Below are positions 28,928-39,000 of a DNA stretch of 64,000 nt, piece after piece. This DNA comes from a virus: the IMG/VR virus record IMGVR_UViG_3300020416_000002. One strand, 5' to 3'. Position 1 is the stretch's first letter; each line of letters starts with the position of its first letter. Below the pieces are notes generated by a model, which did not search any database, was not told the DNA's origin, and saw nothing but the letters and a program-made list of their open reading frames with translations. A program made the position numbers and the translations under genes.

Positions 28928-29300
28928 TCCTATCGTAAAATTTTAGTTCAGCAGACCAGTAAGAACCTATTACTGATTTACCTTTCCAATCAGAACCTAC
29001 AACCATTATATCAGGTTTGATGTCCTTTACCAAGGACTCTAATGATTCATCACTATCAAAATACCTGACTTCATCAACTGCTGATAGAGCAATAAGCATG
29101 ATGCCCCTATCTTCCTGATTATATATTGGTCTAGTAGATCCTTTTTTTTCTCTCACTCTGTCGTCAGTATCAATACCAACTACAAGATAATCTCCAAGAG
29201 ATTTTGCCCAATTCAATAGTGATACATGACCAGGATGTAAGAGATCAAATGTCCCATTAACAAAAACTCTTACAGGTGCAAACGGATGTACTAATTTCAT
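28875..29300 (-). CDS. heptose-1-phosphate adenylyltransferase (HldE/RfaE domain II)
   Basis: NGTFDLLHPGH, KGSTRPI, GSDW. Confidence 0.88.
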   Translation of the reverse strand: MKLVHPFAPVRVFVNGTFDLLHPGHVSLLNWAKSLGDYLVVGIDTDDRVREKKGSTRPIYNQEDRGIMLIALSAVDEVRYFDSDESLESLVKDIKPDIMVVGSDWKGKSVIGSYWSAELKFYDRIEKYATSKTIQCIIDRG

Positions 29301-29887
29301 TTTCTACCTATTTTATATGCAATTGTTGCACGGAGACCAGTGTAGTCTGCGTCAAATGATAGACCCTTATGCATTAATTTACCTAAGAATACACAAACTC
29401 TACCAGGTCTAGGTGCCACTCTCATAACATTATCACTTTCAAATTTGATACAAGTTTCTCCATGATACTCTTCTTTAGCATCTTGATTTACATAGTATAT
29501 CATGGTTATACCATTATCCTTACAATCCTTATGATAAATTGTATTATGTAAATATTGTTGTCCATTGATTAGGATTTCTCCTAGTTGAATGTCCTCATTA
29601 GTCATAGTTCTACAGACCGCATGATATATCATGGGGAACAATGAGTCATTAGCAATGGGTGACAAAGGTTCGGGATAAATTTTTTGAGAAAAAGCAGGCA
29701 CTTCTTTTTCTGGATTTCTGGTCTCGGTATAGTGACCGAATCTCCACCCAGAAGAGTCCATGACAGTTCGATGAACATATTCAATAAACCAGTCAGGGAA
29801 TAAGTTATCAATTACAATAACTTTTTCCTCATCAATATTATATTGTGAGAAGTCAAGTCGTTCTTGACTACAATCAACACTAATCAT
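29297..29887 (-). CDS. 2OG-Fe(II) oxygenase
   Basis: HKD, PRPGRVCVF, HKG, RATIAYK. Confidence 0.75.
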   Translation of the reverse strand: MISVDCSQERLDFSQYNIDEEKVIVIDNLFPDWFIEYVHRTVMDSSGWRFGHYTETRNPEKEVPAFSQKIYPEPLSPIANDSLFPMIYHAVCRTMTNEDIQLGEILINGQQYLHNTIYHKDCKDNGITMIYYVNQDAKEEYHGETCIKFESDNVMRVAPRPGRVCVFLGKLMHKGLSFDADYTGLRATIAYKIGRK

Positions 29888-31784
29888 TTGGAACTTTAAT
29901 AAGTTTGTTATACTCAGGGAGATAGAGATACTCTAGTCCACTATTAGAAAGAGTCTTCATTGCATCTTCTAATGTCTCTACCAATGGTTCACCACCAAGA
30001 TTAAATGATGTATTGAAAATAATAGGACATCCAGTCTGCTGATAAAACTCATTGATAATATTATAGTAATGATTGTTTTGTTGTTTGGTTACTGTTTGAA
30101 TTCTGCAGGTCTTATCAACATGAATAATTGCAGGAATCTTTTCTTCAATGCCAGGTTGACAGTTGACTGCATACATCATAAAAGGAGTGTCCTCCATACC
30201 ACGAAGATCAAACCATTCATGCACATGTTCTTTAAGAATAGATCCAGCAAAAGGTCTAAAGAACTCACGCCTTTTCAATTTATTCACATGATCTTTTCCA
30301 TCAGGATCACGAGGATCATAAAGCAAAGAACGATTACCTAATGCTCTAGGACCTGCCTCAGATCTACCTTGGAATAAAGCAACAATGTTTTTATTAGTAA
30401 TTAGTTCTACTACATCTGCGTATGTAGCATCTTTAATCTCTGCTTCATAATCATATACCATTTTGTTAATGGTTTCTTCCATGTAATTATACTGAGGACC
30501 GAGATATAGATTTTCAATGCGGTCACGAACTCTAGTATCTTTGGTAATACGATGATGCCATAGTAGAGCAGCACCTAATGCTGTACCAGCATCGTTACTG
30601 ACAGGTTCAACATAAAGATTGATACCCTCATCTTTGAGTTGGTCAAGATACCAATAGTTAGCAACACAATTTAATCCATATCCACCAGATAAAACAACAT
30701 TTTTGATACCACTATCCTTAACTGCTTTTCTGATTAGATTTAGAACCTGCTGTTGAGTATCGTTTTGTACTCTCCATGCAAAATTCTTTCTACCTTCACA
30801 GTCATATGATTGTTTAATTTTAGAATCTGCTACTCCTGTTTCATATTCTTTTTCTGATACAATCTCATTGATCTCTGGTTCATACCAAAGATTTTGAATT
30901 GCACCATTAGGATACATTGGAGTAAAGATATTACTATCTGCTAAATCTACGGGTAACATACCACACTTGTTAAACAAAGGTGGAATGTAACTACACTCTT
31001 TACCATAAGGTGACAGTCCCATAGTTTTACCTGCCTCAATAGCAGGGAATCCACAGTATTCAGTCACTGCCTCATAAGTTTTTACAATGCCACATTTGTG
31101 ACTTGCAATCAGTTCATGATGATCATTTTGTGGTGATTCATAGTTAACATCTTGACCATACCCAGACCAGAATCCAGAATCAAAATTGTTGTAGTAGTTT
31201 AAAGGTGATGCAAACTTAGAACCTAAGTGTTTATATTTTGTGTCAAACTTATGTGGGTAAGCACATTCAAAAATAGTCTCTGTCTCCCAGTAATCCTCAA
31301 CTTCTTTTTTCTTGGCACCAAACTTAACCCATGAACCTGCACCGTCAACAATTACAGCAACTGCGTTTTCAAATCCAGAGTTATAAAATGCTGCTGCAGC
31401 ATGTGTTCTATGATGGATGTGTCCCATGTCAATGACATTTTTAGGAACCTCTGCACCACATGTTCTTTTTTTAATCTCATCCTCAGGTAAAGAGTTTACA
31501 TCAGGCAAGAGACCAATCTTTCTTGCAAGACCATAGTAAGGATCATTCATAGAATAATCCAACTTCATATCAGGATGTCCATCTAATCTAGTAGTATGAA
31601 CACAAACAAAATAATCTAACCTGTCTGTGTACTCCTTGATCTTTAAAATAGATGCTAGAGGACCACCATCATACTTTGCTCTAGTCAATCTCTCTTCTTC
31701 TAGAGCAAATACTAACTTACCATCTTTTAATAAAGCAACTCCAGAGTTATGTCCTCTAGCAACTGCTGCAATCCATTGTGCCAT
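29880..31784 (-). CDS. carbamoyltransferase (NodU/CmcH/TobZ family)
   Basis: EEERLTRAK, HHRTHA, GKTMGL, GGYGLNCVAN, EAGPRALGNRS, REFFRPFA, NTSFN. Confidence 0.95.
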   Translation of the reverse strand: MAQWIAAVARGHNSGVALLKDGKLVFALEEERLTRAKYDGGPLASILKIKEYTDRLDYFVCVHTTRLDGHPDMKLDYSMNDPYYGLARKIGLLPDVNSLPEDEIKKRTCGAEVPKNVIDMGHIHHRTHAAAAFYNSGFENAVAVIVDGAGSWVKFGAKKKEVEDYWETETIFECAYPHKFDTKYKHLGSKFASPLNYYNNFDSGFWSGYGQDVNYESPQNDHHELIASHKCGIVKTYEAVTEYCGFPAIEAGKTMGLSPYGKECSYIPPLFNKCGMLPVDLADSNIFTPMYPNGAIQNLWYEPEINEIVSEKEYETGVADSKIKQSYDCEGRKNFAWRVQNDTQQQVLNLIRKAVKDSGIKNVVLSGGYGLNCVANYWYLDQLKDEGINLYVEPVSNDAGTALGAALLWHHRITKDTRVRDRIENLYLGPQYNYMEETINKMVYDYEAEIKDATYADVVELITNKNIVALFQGRSEAGPRALGNRSLLYDPRDPDGKDHVNKLKRREFFRPFAGSILKEHVHEWFDLRGMEDTPFMMYAVNCQPGIEEKIPAIIHVDKTCRIQTVTKQQNNHYYNIINEFYQQTGCPIIFNTSFNLGGEPLVETLEDAMKTLSNSGLEYLYLPEYNKLIKVPND

Positions 31785-32791
31785 TACTTAAATCCCTTTG
31801 GAGTTTTGTTATCACAACATGATTTAGTTTGTTGTGGTTGTTCTTGTTTAACGATAGGAACATCTTTTGACTTACCCAATCTTTTCTTACAGGAGTCAAT
31901 GATATTCTTGATGTCATCATCCGTCATGGACATACATTCATCGTTCATCATATCCTGTTGATCTTCCATAGTCAACCTGATAGGAGAGAATGTTCTTCTG
32001 TCTTCTCCAAGATCAATAATATCAACATCATCATCATTTGGATAAGAAATATTGATAGGATATGTAGATCCTATCACAACTGTTGATGTTGTTCCTACTG
32101 ACTTTGCAATATGTTGTCCAACACTATCACATCCTAAGAAATGATCTGCACACTCAATAAGTCCTGCCCATAAACGAATGTCAGGAACTTCAGGAGTTGC
32201 ATGATTATATTTACTCTCTCCAGTATCGAATGGAAATTCACTCATGATTACTACAGTGTAATCTTTCTTGAGTGTGTTAACAATAGTACTAATATCTTGG
32301 ATGTTAAAACTACGAGAGGTAGGATCGTAAATGTATCCATCGGTGTTCATGACACCCCTACCAAATGGTTGAATAATAATTACTTTATCTTTACCACACT
32401 GACCCTTGATCTGTTCAATGGTTTGAATTGCAGAGATGCCCTCCTGTTTTGTTACCTTAATATTAGGAGTAGGAAGTTCTCTAGGTTCTTCTAACTCATT
32501 GATCTCCATATCAAATGCTTGTGCAAGACTACATTTTTGATTGTAGTAATGCCAACGACGATATGGTTCTGGAGTAACACAATCTCTATCCTTTATCTTA
32601 TCCTCAAACAAACCCTTATGCCAAATATCATAGGCATGTTTATGTAGAATCGGATGTCCCTTGAAGAAGTTCATACCTCCTTCAGCAACGATAATAAAAT
32701 CATCATGTGTCTCTGCGTATTTTTCAAAAGCAGGTATGGAACAGATGATACGACCAGCACCACCATTAATAAAGAATGCTTTAGATCTCAT
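31784..32791 (-). CDS. GT9-like (heptosyltransferase-like) glycosyltransferase
   Basis: GGAGRIICSIPA N-motif; IECADHFLGCDSVGQHIA C-motif. Confidence 0.65.
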   Translation of the reverse strand: MRSKAFFINGGAGRIICSIPAFEKYAETHDDFIIVAEGGMNFFKGHPILHKHAYDIWHKGLFEDKIKDRDCVTPEPYRRWHYYNQKCSLAQAFDMEINELEEPRELPTPNIKVTKQEGISAIQTIEQIKGQCGKDKVIIIQPFGRGVMNTDGYIYDPTSRSFNIQDISTIVNTLKKDYTVVIMSEFPFDTGESKYNHATPEVPDIRLWAGLIECADHFLGCDSVGQHIAKSVGTTSTVVIGSTYPINISYPNDDDVDIIDLGEDRRTFSPIRLTMEDQQDMMNDECMSMTDDDIKNIIDSCKKRLGKSKDVPIVKQEQPQQTKSCCDNKTPKGFK

Positions 32792-32816
32792 AATATTCTA
32801 TCAACAATTTATATAG

Positions 32817-33557
32817 TCACATAAAAAGAACTTGATTCATTCGATTATAATCGGTAAACATACCTGTATCTATATCTGGTGAATGAAGCACATCTGACTC
32901 GTAAACAATACATCTATTATACACCATATTAAACCTATGTTCAACCTTCCATTCTCTATCACCATTAATCCAGTCATGTATATATGGAAACAACTGATCT
33001 TCTTTACTCACCTCTTCATCAAATCCCTCAGGTTTCTTGATATAATTTAAGGTACTACATGGTAGGGTCATCATCCCATTATAAGAATATAAATTAGTAC
33101 CACCTGCACACTCCTCAGGTGTATTTAAGAACACAACTACACCAAACTGATTAGGTGCATAAAAATCTGCCTTAGATGAATCTTGATGAGGTAGATTTAA
33201 CCAAGGGTTTATAGTTATAGATTTTGAGTTCATTATATTACACATAAAACCAACTCTATCCCATTGCTCTTCATATTTGTGAGGATCTATTGGTTTATTC
33301 CACAAACCTACCTGCATACAGAAAGAATCAAATAGTAATTTTAAATGATCTTTTACCTCAGGGGTTTCAATAAAAATTCTCTCGCCTGGTATGCCACGGA
33401 TGAGATCATCTCTTCTCTCTGATCTAGTATTTAATGCTAAGGATCTAACCTCATCAGGATTTTTATAGAAGTTATCAATAACTATTGCCGTCCTCTTATC
33501 CTTACCGATATCACGGACATAATTAACCTTTAGGTTATCATTTAACTCAAACATCAC
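32817..33557 (-). CDS. DUF6445-like 2OG-Fe(II) oxygenase
   Basis: IDNFYKNPDEVR, PHQD, GGTNLY, YNRCIVY, LHS. Confidence 0.75.
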   Translation of the reverse strand: MMFELNDNLKVNYVRDIGKDKRTAIVIDNFYKNPDEVRSLALNTRSERRDDLIRGIPGERIFIETPEVKDHLKLLFDSFCMQVGLWNKPIDPHKYEEQWDRVGFMCNIMNSKSITINPWLNLPHQDSSKADFYAPNQFGVVVFLNTPEECAGGTNLYSYNGMMTLPCSTLNYIKKPEGFDEEVSKEDQLFPYIHDWINGDREWKVEHRFNMVYNRCIVYESDVLHSPDIDTGMFTDYNRMNQVLFM

Positions 33558-34291
33558 ATAAAAATAACTTGATTCATGCGGTGATAATTGGTGAACATAC
33601 CCAAATCAACACTCTGACCATGCAAAAGGTCTGCTTCATACATTACCATCCTATTATATACCATTTCCAATTCATGTTCAACCTTCCAATGAGGACCATT
33701 ACGAGTGTGATACCTCACATGTTTAAATCTCTCAGCGTTTGTTAAGTTTTCTTCATTGTCTGGGATAGGTATACCACTGACATATCGTTGAGGGATAGAG
33801 ACATCACCATTAAAACTATAGATAGCAGTGCCTCCTGCACATTCCTCTGGACTATTTAAATATATGTTAGCACCAAACTGAAAATTTGGTAAACCAGGTT
33901 CTTTTACACCAGTATATGCATCTTGATGTGGAACAATAGCGAGAGGATCTTTAATTAATGACTCATCATTCAATAAATTAACCATAAACCCTGCGGAGTT
34001 CCATGATTTGTCAAACTCTCTAATATCAAGTAGGTTTTTCTTATCCCATATGCCATTGTCTATTGCCAGTTCAAGAAATAAATTGTATAGGTAAGTTTGG
34101 ATATCATTATCTCTCTTAAATATTCTCCAACCAGGAAATCCACTACATAATCCCTCATCATCACTATATTCTTCTGTTAATGCTCTCTCCCTTACTTCAT
34201 CAGGGTTTTCGTAAAAATTATCTATGATAACAGCTTGATGTCCTTTAATAGTTGTTACCTTGACATCTAGGTTGTCATTTGTTTTAAACAT
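33554..34291 (-). CDS. DUF6445-like 2OG-Fe(II) oxygenase (tandem paralogue)
   Basis: Same motifs as neighbour; shared C-terminus GMFTxYxRMNQVxFM. Confidence 0.75.
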   Translation of the reverse strand: MFKTNDNLDVKVTTIKGHQAVIIDNFYENPDEVRERALTEEYSDDEGLCSGFPGWRIFKRDNDIQTYLYNLFLELAIDNGIWDKKNLLDIREFDKSWNSAGFMVNLLNDESLIKDPLAIVPHQDAYTGVKEPGLPNFQFGANIYLNSPEECAGGTAIYSFNGDVSIPQRYVSGIPIPDNEENLTNAERFKHVRYHTRNGPHWKVEHELEMVYNRMVMYEADLLHGQSVDLGMFTNYHRMNQVIFM

Positions 34292-34298
34292 TCTATAA

Positions 34299-34346
34299 AA
34301 TCCTCAGAGACAAAAAAATTCTGGAAAAATTTTTCCCAGAATTTTG
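34299..34346. repeat. A/T-tract palindromic intergenic element, copy 2
   Basis: AAAATTCTGG-AAAAATTTTTC-CCAGAATTTT. Confidence 0.6.
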
Positions 34347-34369
34347 TAAATAAAAGTTGAATTTTGAAA

Positions 34370-35077
34370 TTAGTCTGGAACCTGTACAAAATCTGGGTTG
34401 TCCTCATCATCTGGAGTGCAAGGCCACACAATCAAGTGTGTTGCTGTACCAATGCCTGCCCAATCTGCAGGTAAGTTTCTTAACTTAGTACGATAATCTT
34501 TCCAGCGTTGCTTGACTGCCTCAGGCATGTCCTCTGCAATACGAGTATCAGTTGCAGCAAGTTTAGCATTTCTTTCTGCTCTTACCCACTCCCAACCAAA
34601 ACTAAAGTCATCATCCTCACCAGGACTAGGAGCGTTGGTAGCAAACTTAGGAGTAGACCATCCACCAACACCACTGTTAAGTGTTGGATCGTAAGTGAAA
34701 GATCTCATGTCATACACTTCATGGAAGTGATGAGGATCTTCAATCTTTGGATTAGGATCTGCTGACGGACCACAAACAACCTCAATCTTAGAAGGTGCAG
34801 ATACATTGCCGTACATCGCAGCAGCATGCATAGGATATACTTCTGCGTCTAGACTAACAACATATGTATTGATTGGAGGGTTAGGAAATTCAGGACCATC
34901 CGTATCATACACTTCAAAAATTTGGTTTGTTTTATTACCAGAGTCGTCTTTCAACATGATAACAGACAAGTTCTTAGGACCTGAGTAAGTATCAACACCT
35001 ACTTGAGCGTCATCTTGGTCTTGTCCATGCCATGTTGTAGGCACTGGAAATAAAAATGTCTTAGTTATGTTTGCCAT
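34370..35077 (-). CDS. tail fibre assembly chaperone
   Basis: WVRAERNAKLAATD...WKDYRTKLRNLP...WP motif. Confidence 0.8.
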   Translation of the reverse strand: MANITKTFLFPVPTTWHGQDQDDAQVGVDTYSGPKNLSVIMLKDDSGNKTNQIFEVYDTDGPEFPNPPINTYVVSLDAEVYPMHAAAMYGNVSAPSKIEVVCGPSADPNPKIEDPHHFHEVYDMRSFTYDPTLNSGVGGWSTPKFATNAPSPGEDDDFSFGWEWVRAERNAKLAATDTRIAEDMPEAVKQRWKDYRTKLRNLPADWAGIGTATHLIVWPCTPDDEDNPDFVQVPD

Positions 35078-35110
35078 GGTTGTTCAGGTTTTCTCCTTCA
35101 GTAGTATTTA

Positions 35111-35956
35111 TTAAGACCAAGTAGTAAGGACTACCATACCCGCCTGTCCCCAGTCACCCCAACAGTTACCACCTTGAGTAGATGGACTAAATCCACCACC
35201 GCCAGGAAATAGAGAGTGTCCATTGCAACATCCGCGAATAGGTCCTCTTGAACAGAAGTCTCTTCCGTATGATACTGGAGCACCGTATGGTCCTGAAGAA
35301 CCTGATGCCATTTGTCTAAACTCAGTATGGCAATACTGGTTTGCGTGATATACAGAACGAATACCACCAATAGCATAGTCAGCACCACATGCACAAGATT
35401 GAACCTCACTATAGCACTGGTTGCACTGAGCATGATAAGCACAGTTATAGCACCAACCACCACACTTCTGTCTGCCCCATGCACCACCATTGGCACAGAA
35501 GTTACTTAGTCCTGGTCCTTGAACATATGTTACACACCCACAGAATCCACAACCTGTCCTACCGTGACAGCATCCACAACAACTACATCTATTACTACCA
35601 CCAGCACAAATAGTATATGATGATGAACCTGGTGTGTAGTCACCTTTATGAGCGTAGATAGTCTTGACTGCATATGAACCAGATCCGCCAGGAATACCCT
35701 GATTAGATTGGCAACATCTACCACCTCCACCTGATCCTCCAGCACCTTGCAATTCAAATCGCATCGTTAATGCCTTTGCTGGAGCGGTAAAGTTGCAACA
35801 ACAACCTCCGTTCTGAGGATTCCAGTAGCAACAGTTAGTAAAGAAATATCTACATGTAACTGCAGTAGAGAATCCACTAACCTGTGCAGGACCTAAAGAG
35901 TTTGCTATAACCGCTTGGTCACCCTGAATCTTTTTATAAGTTTGATAATTAGCCAT
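35111..35956 (-). CDS. Cys/Gly-rich virion protein
   Basis: About 30 Cys in 281 aa; FELQGAGGSGGG...GGSGSYA glycine-rich fibre domain. Confidence 0.7.
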   Translation of the reverse strand: MANYQTYKKIQGDQAVIANSLGPAQVSGFSTAVTCRYFFTNCCYWNPQNGGCCCNFTAPAKALTMRFELQGAGGSGGGGRCCQSNQGIPGGSGSYAVKTIYAHKGDYTPGSSSYTICAGGSNRCSCCGCCHGRTGCGFCGCVTYVQGPGLSNFCANGGAWGRQKCGGWCYNCAYHAQCNQCYSEVQSCACGADYAIGGIRSVYHANQYCHTEFRQMASGSSGPYGAPVSYGRDFCSRGPIRGCCNGHSLFPGGGGFSPSTQGGNCWGDWGQAGMVVLTTWS

Positions 35957-36001
35957 CGCCTATCTCGGTGGTGTACTTGTATTTAGAAGAATATGTATAA
36001 C

Positions 36002-36028
36002 AAAAGGGGGATGATGATCATCCCCTCC
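36002..36028 (-). terminator. intrinsic terminator
   Basis: GGGGATGA-TCA-TCATCCCC hairpin then T-tract. Confidence 0.7.
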
Positions 36029-36036
36029 AAGTAGAA

Positions 36037-39000
36037 TTAGACTGTAATTAGTCTCCATCCTTGTGTGCCATCGTAGAACACAAGTTCAAACGCAGCACCC
36101 TCGGTGTTAACTGTCATGTCTGAGGCGTCACCCATGATTGGGTTACCATTTCTGCCAACTGTTAGTGGACTAGAATCGAATGTCTTAGCAACATCGAAGA
36201 TCCTAACACTATCACCCTTAACTGGTGAGGCAGGTAAGGTAATTGTGAATGAACCACCAGATGTATTAGCAAAGATTTGTTGTCTGTTACCAGCAGTGAT
36301 ACTAGTAGTAGCATCAATACTTGCGTATGCTCCTAGAGGCAACCAACTTCCACCATTGTAGAACTCAAATCCGTTAGCATCTTCATCGTAACGAAGACCA
36401 CCTTCAAGAAGATCAGCTCCAGTTGGACGACCAGATTGAGGACCGCGAGGTGGAACCAAGATACCAGATGTGGCATCCATCTTACCGCGAGTAAGGAATC
36501 CTCTAACTGCTTTCTCAGTAGGAGATGCAGTGTTAGAGTCTCCACCCATGGTCTCGTCAGAGGAGAATTCGTTAATTGCTTCACCAATCTGACCACCGAT
36601 AGCACCCAATCGTAGTTCTGTCAAACCAGAAAGGTTAAACGCGGAAGCATCCAAGGTAGCAGCACCAGTCAACTGGTTAACTGAGAAGAATTCACCAACT
36701 CTGAAGTTACCTCCTTGGTCTGTTGATACAAAGAAGATCTTACCAGTGTTCTGGATACTAGTTTCTTGACCTTGAGCAGCTGAGTTCTCATTAACATTTG
36801 GATAGTTAGTAGGAACTGTACCACCAGTACCGATTAACAAGAAGTCATGACCTGTCAATCTGATCTTGGAGAACTTAGATCTCATCAAGAACTCTTGATC
36901 ATCAAGACCAATTGTAGGTGATGAACCTTTGCCAGGTGCGATAGTAACGGTTGCTCTACCATTACCAGCAATGATTGCTCCAACTGATGTCTTACCAATA
37001 CCACCTTCTTGACCAATGTAAGCATGATCAGAGAGGTTAGTAGATGCTTGGTTTTCTCCAGTAGTATTCAATACATTGAAGACCAGAGTTGTAGATCCTG
37101 TACCTGCGAGAACAGGGATAGGATTACCTGCGATAGCATCAGTAGGACGAGGATATGCGGTAGAAGAAATGTTACCATCAAGATCACAAGTGAATACTAA
37201 TGAACCAGTATTAACTCTAATGAAGTCACCAAAGAGAAGACCATGAGGTTCTGATGTAAAGGCAGTAACGACACCAATATTAGGATCATAAACAGCTTCA
37301 TTAACATCTAATGAAGTACCCTCAACATAATTACTTTGCGTTCTAACAATGTAAGTATTAGAGTCAGAGAATCCCAGACCAACTGTCGTGAATCCAATCG
37401 CGTCTCCAACTTGCGGAGTCGTAGTTAATCCAGCAACCTCAATAAGAATATCTTTTTGTCCAGCAACAGCGTTTGCTGCAGATGCAATTCTAAAGTAACC
37501 AGTTGCACCAGCACCAACGGAATCAACCTCAACAAACTCACCAGGTTTGAACACCGTAGTACCGATACCAATTGCACCGTTAGGTGTAACAGTAGGATCA
37601 CTAGAGGTGTTACCATATCCAGCGAAGTACTTGAAGTACACTGCGTCAGCAGATGTTTGGTCATTGGTTAGTTCAGCACGAGCACCTGACTCAGTACCAC
37701 GCATAGTAGCACCAACTCCAAAGGTACCAGCGTAAGTACCAACAACAGTTGCCATCTTATCGCCGTAAAGTTTACCAGGTCTCGCTACCTCATGAGTAGA
37801 GAATCCTGTAGCGACTGCACCGTATGTACCGTAAGAGTTGTTACCAGATAGAGATCTAATCTCAGATCCATCATCGGAGTAGTAACCATATGCACAGTAG
37901 TAAGTGAAGCAAGACACAACCTCAGCGACTGCATCATCCTCAAGCATAAATCCAACACCATCAGAGTGAACATTGGTAAATGCGTCGAACACCATTGATT
38001 TGAATCCCTTACCTTCAGGGTTCAGATGATGTTGTCCACCTTCAATGAAGATACCAATAGCACCACCATGACCAGTACCATCTTGAGCATTGTCAGAGAA
38101 AGCAGTACAGTCTTTGATGTAAGGAGATCTAGTTAAGATAGATTCGTCAGGGTTAAGTCTAATGTAGACACCACAAGCAGTAGTTCCAACACCAACCTTG
38201 TGTTGCATCTTATCTGTATTGAAAGGATCATTAACATCGTAGTCAAATCCCTTCAGACCCTTCATGGTAATCGCCTGAATTGTTGTAGCGTCAGACACAA
38301 AGAACATCGTTGAACGATCATTCGGTGTCACACCATCAGTTGAAATACCAGGATTAGGTTTAATAGTAGAACCTCTTAGAACATCACCAGCGATGGAGAA
38401 GTTCTTTGGAAGAACAATAGGAAGATCCTCATTGAACACACCAGCAGAGAGTTTCAGAATAACAGGTGCAGCGTTAGTAAGTTGATTTAAAGCACCAGCA
38501 GGTTGTGGATTAGAGTATACATGTGGGATAGTAGAAGGACCAACACGAGTAACTAACTGTCTATCACTGTTAATACCAGAGATGGTGAAGTAATAACCCT
38601 CAGCACCAGATGGGAACTCAGTACCAGGTCCAAGACCAGAGGCACAAGTAAAGTGTAGACCAACAATTTTAATCTCACCACCTACAAACATACCATGGTT
38701 GGTAGCAGTAGAAATCGTAGTGATACCAGTTGTATTATCATAAACTGCATCAACAACATCTAACTGTGGGTTTGTAGATGTAGCAGCAAATGCAACTGTT
38801 TTAAACGCAGCATCAGGAGACTCACCTGAGAAATTATTATTACCTTTCTGAGAGTCAACATAGTAAATTTTAGTACGCTTAGCAGCAAATTCCCATTGAA
38901 TCTCATCACTAGTACTAACATTCAAGAATGTACCTTGAGTACCAATACCCTGTCTTGTAGGACCTGTACCATTTCTAGTAAGCAAGTCACCTTTAGTCGT

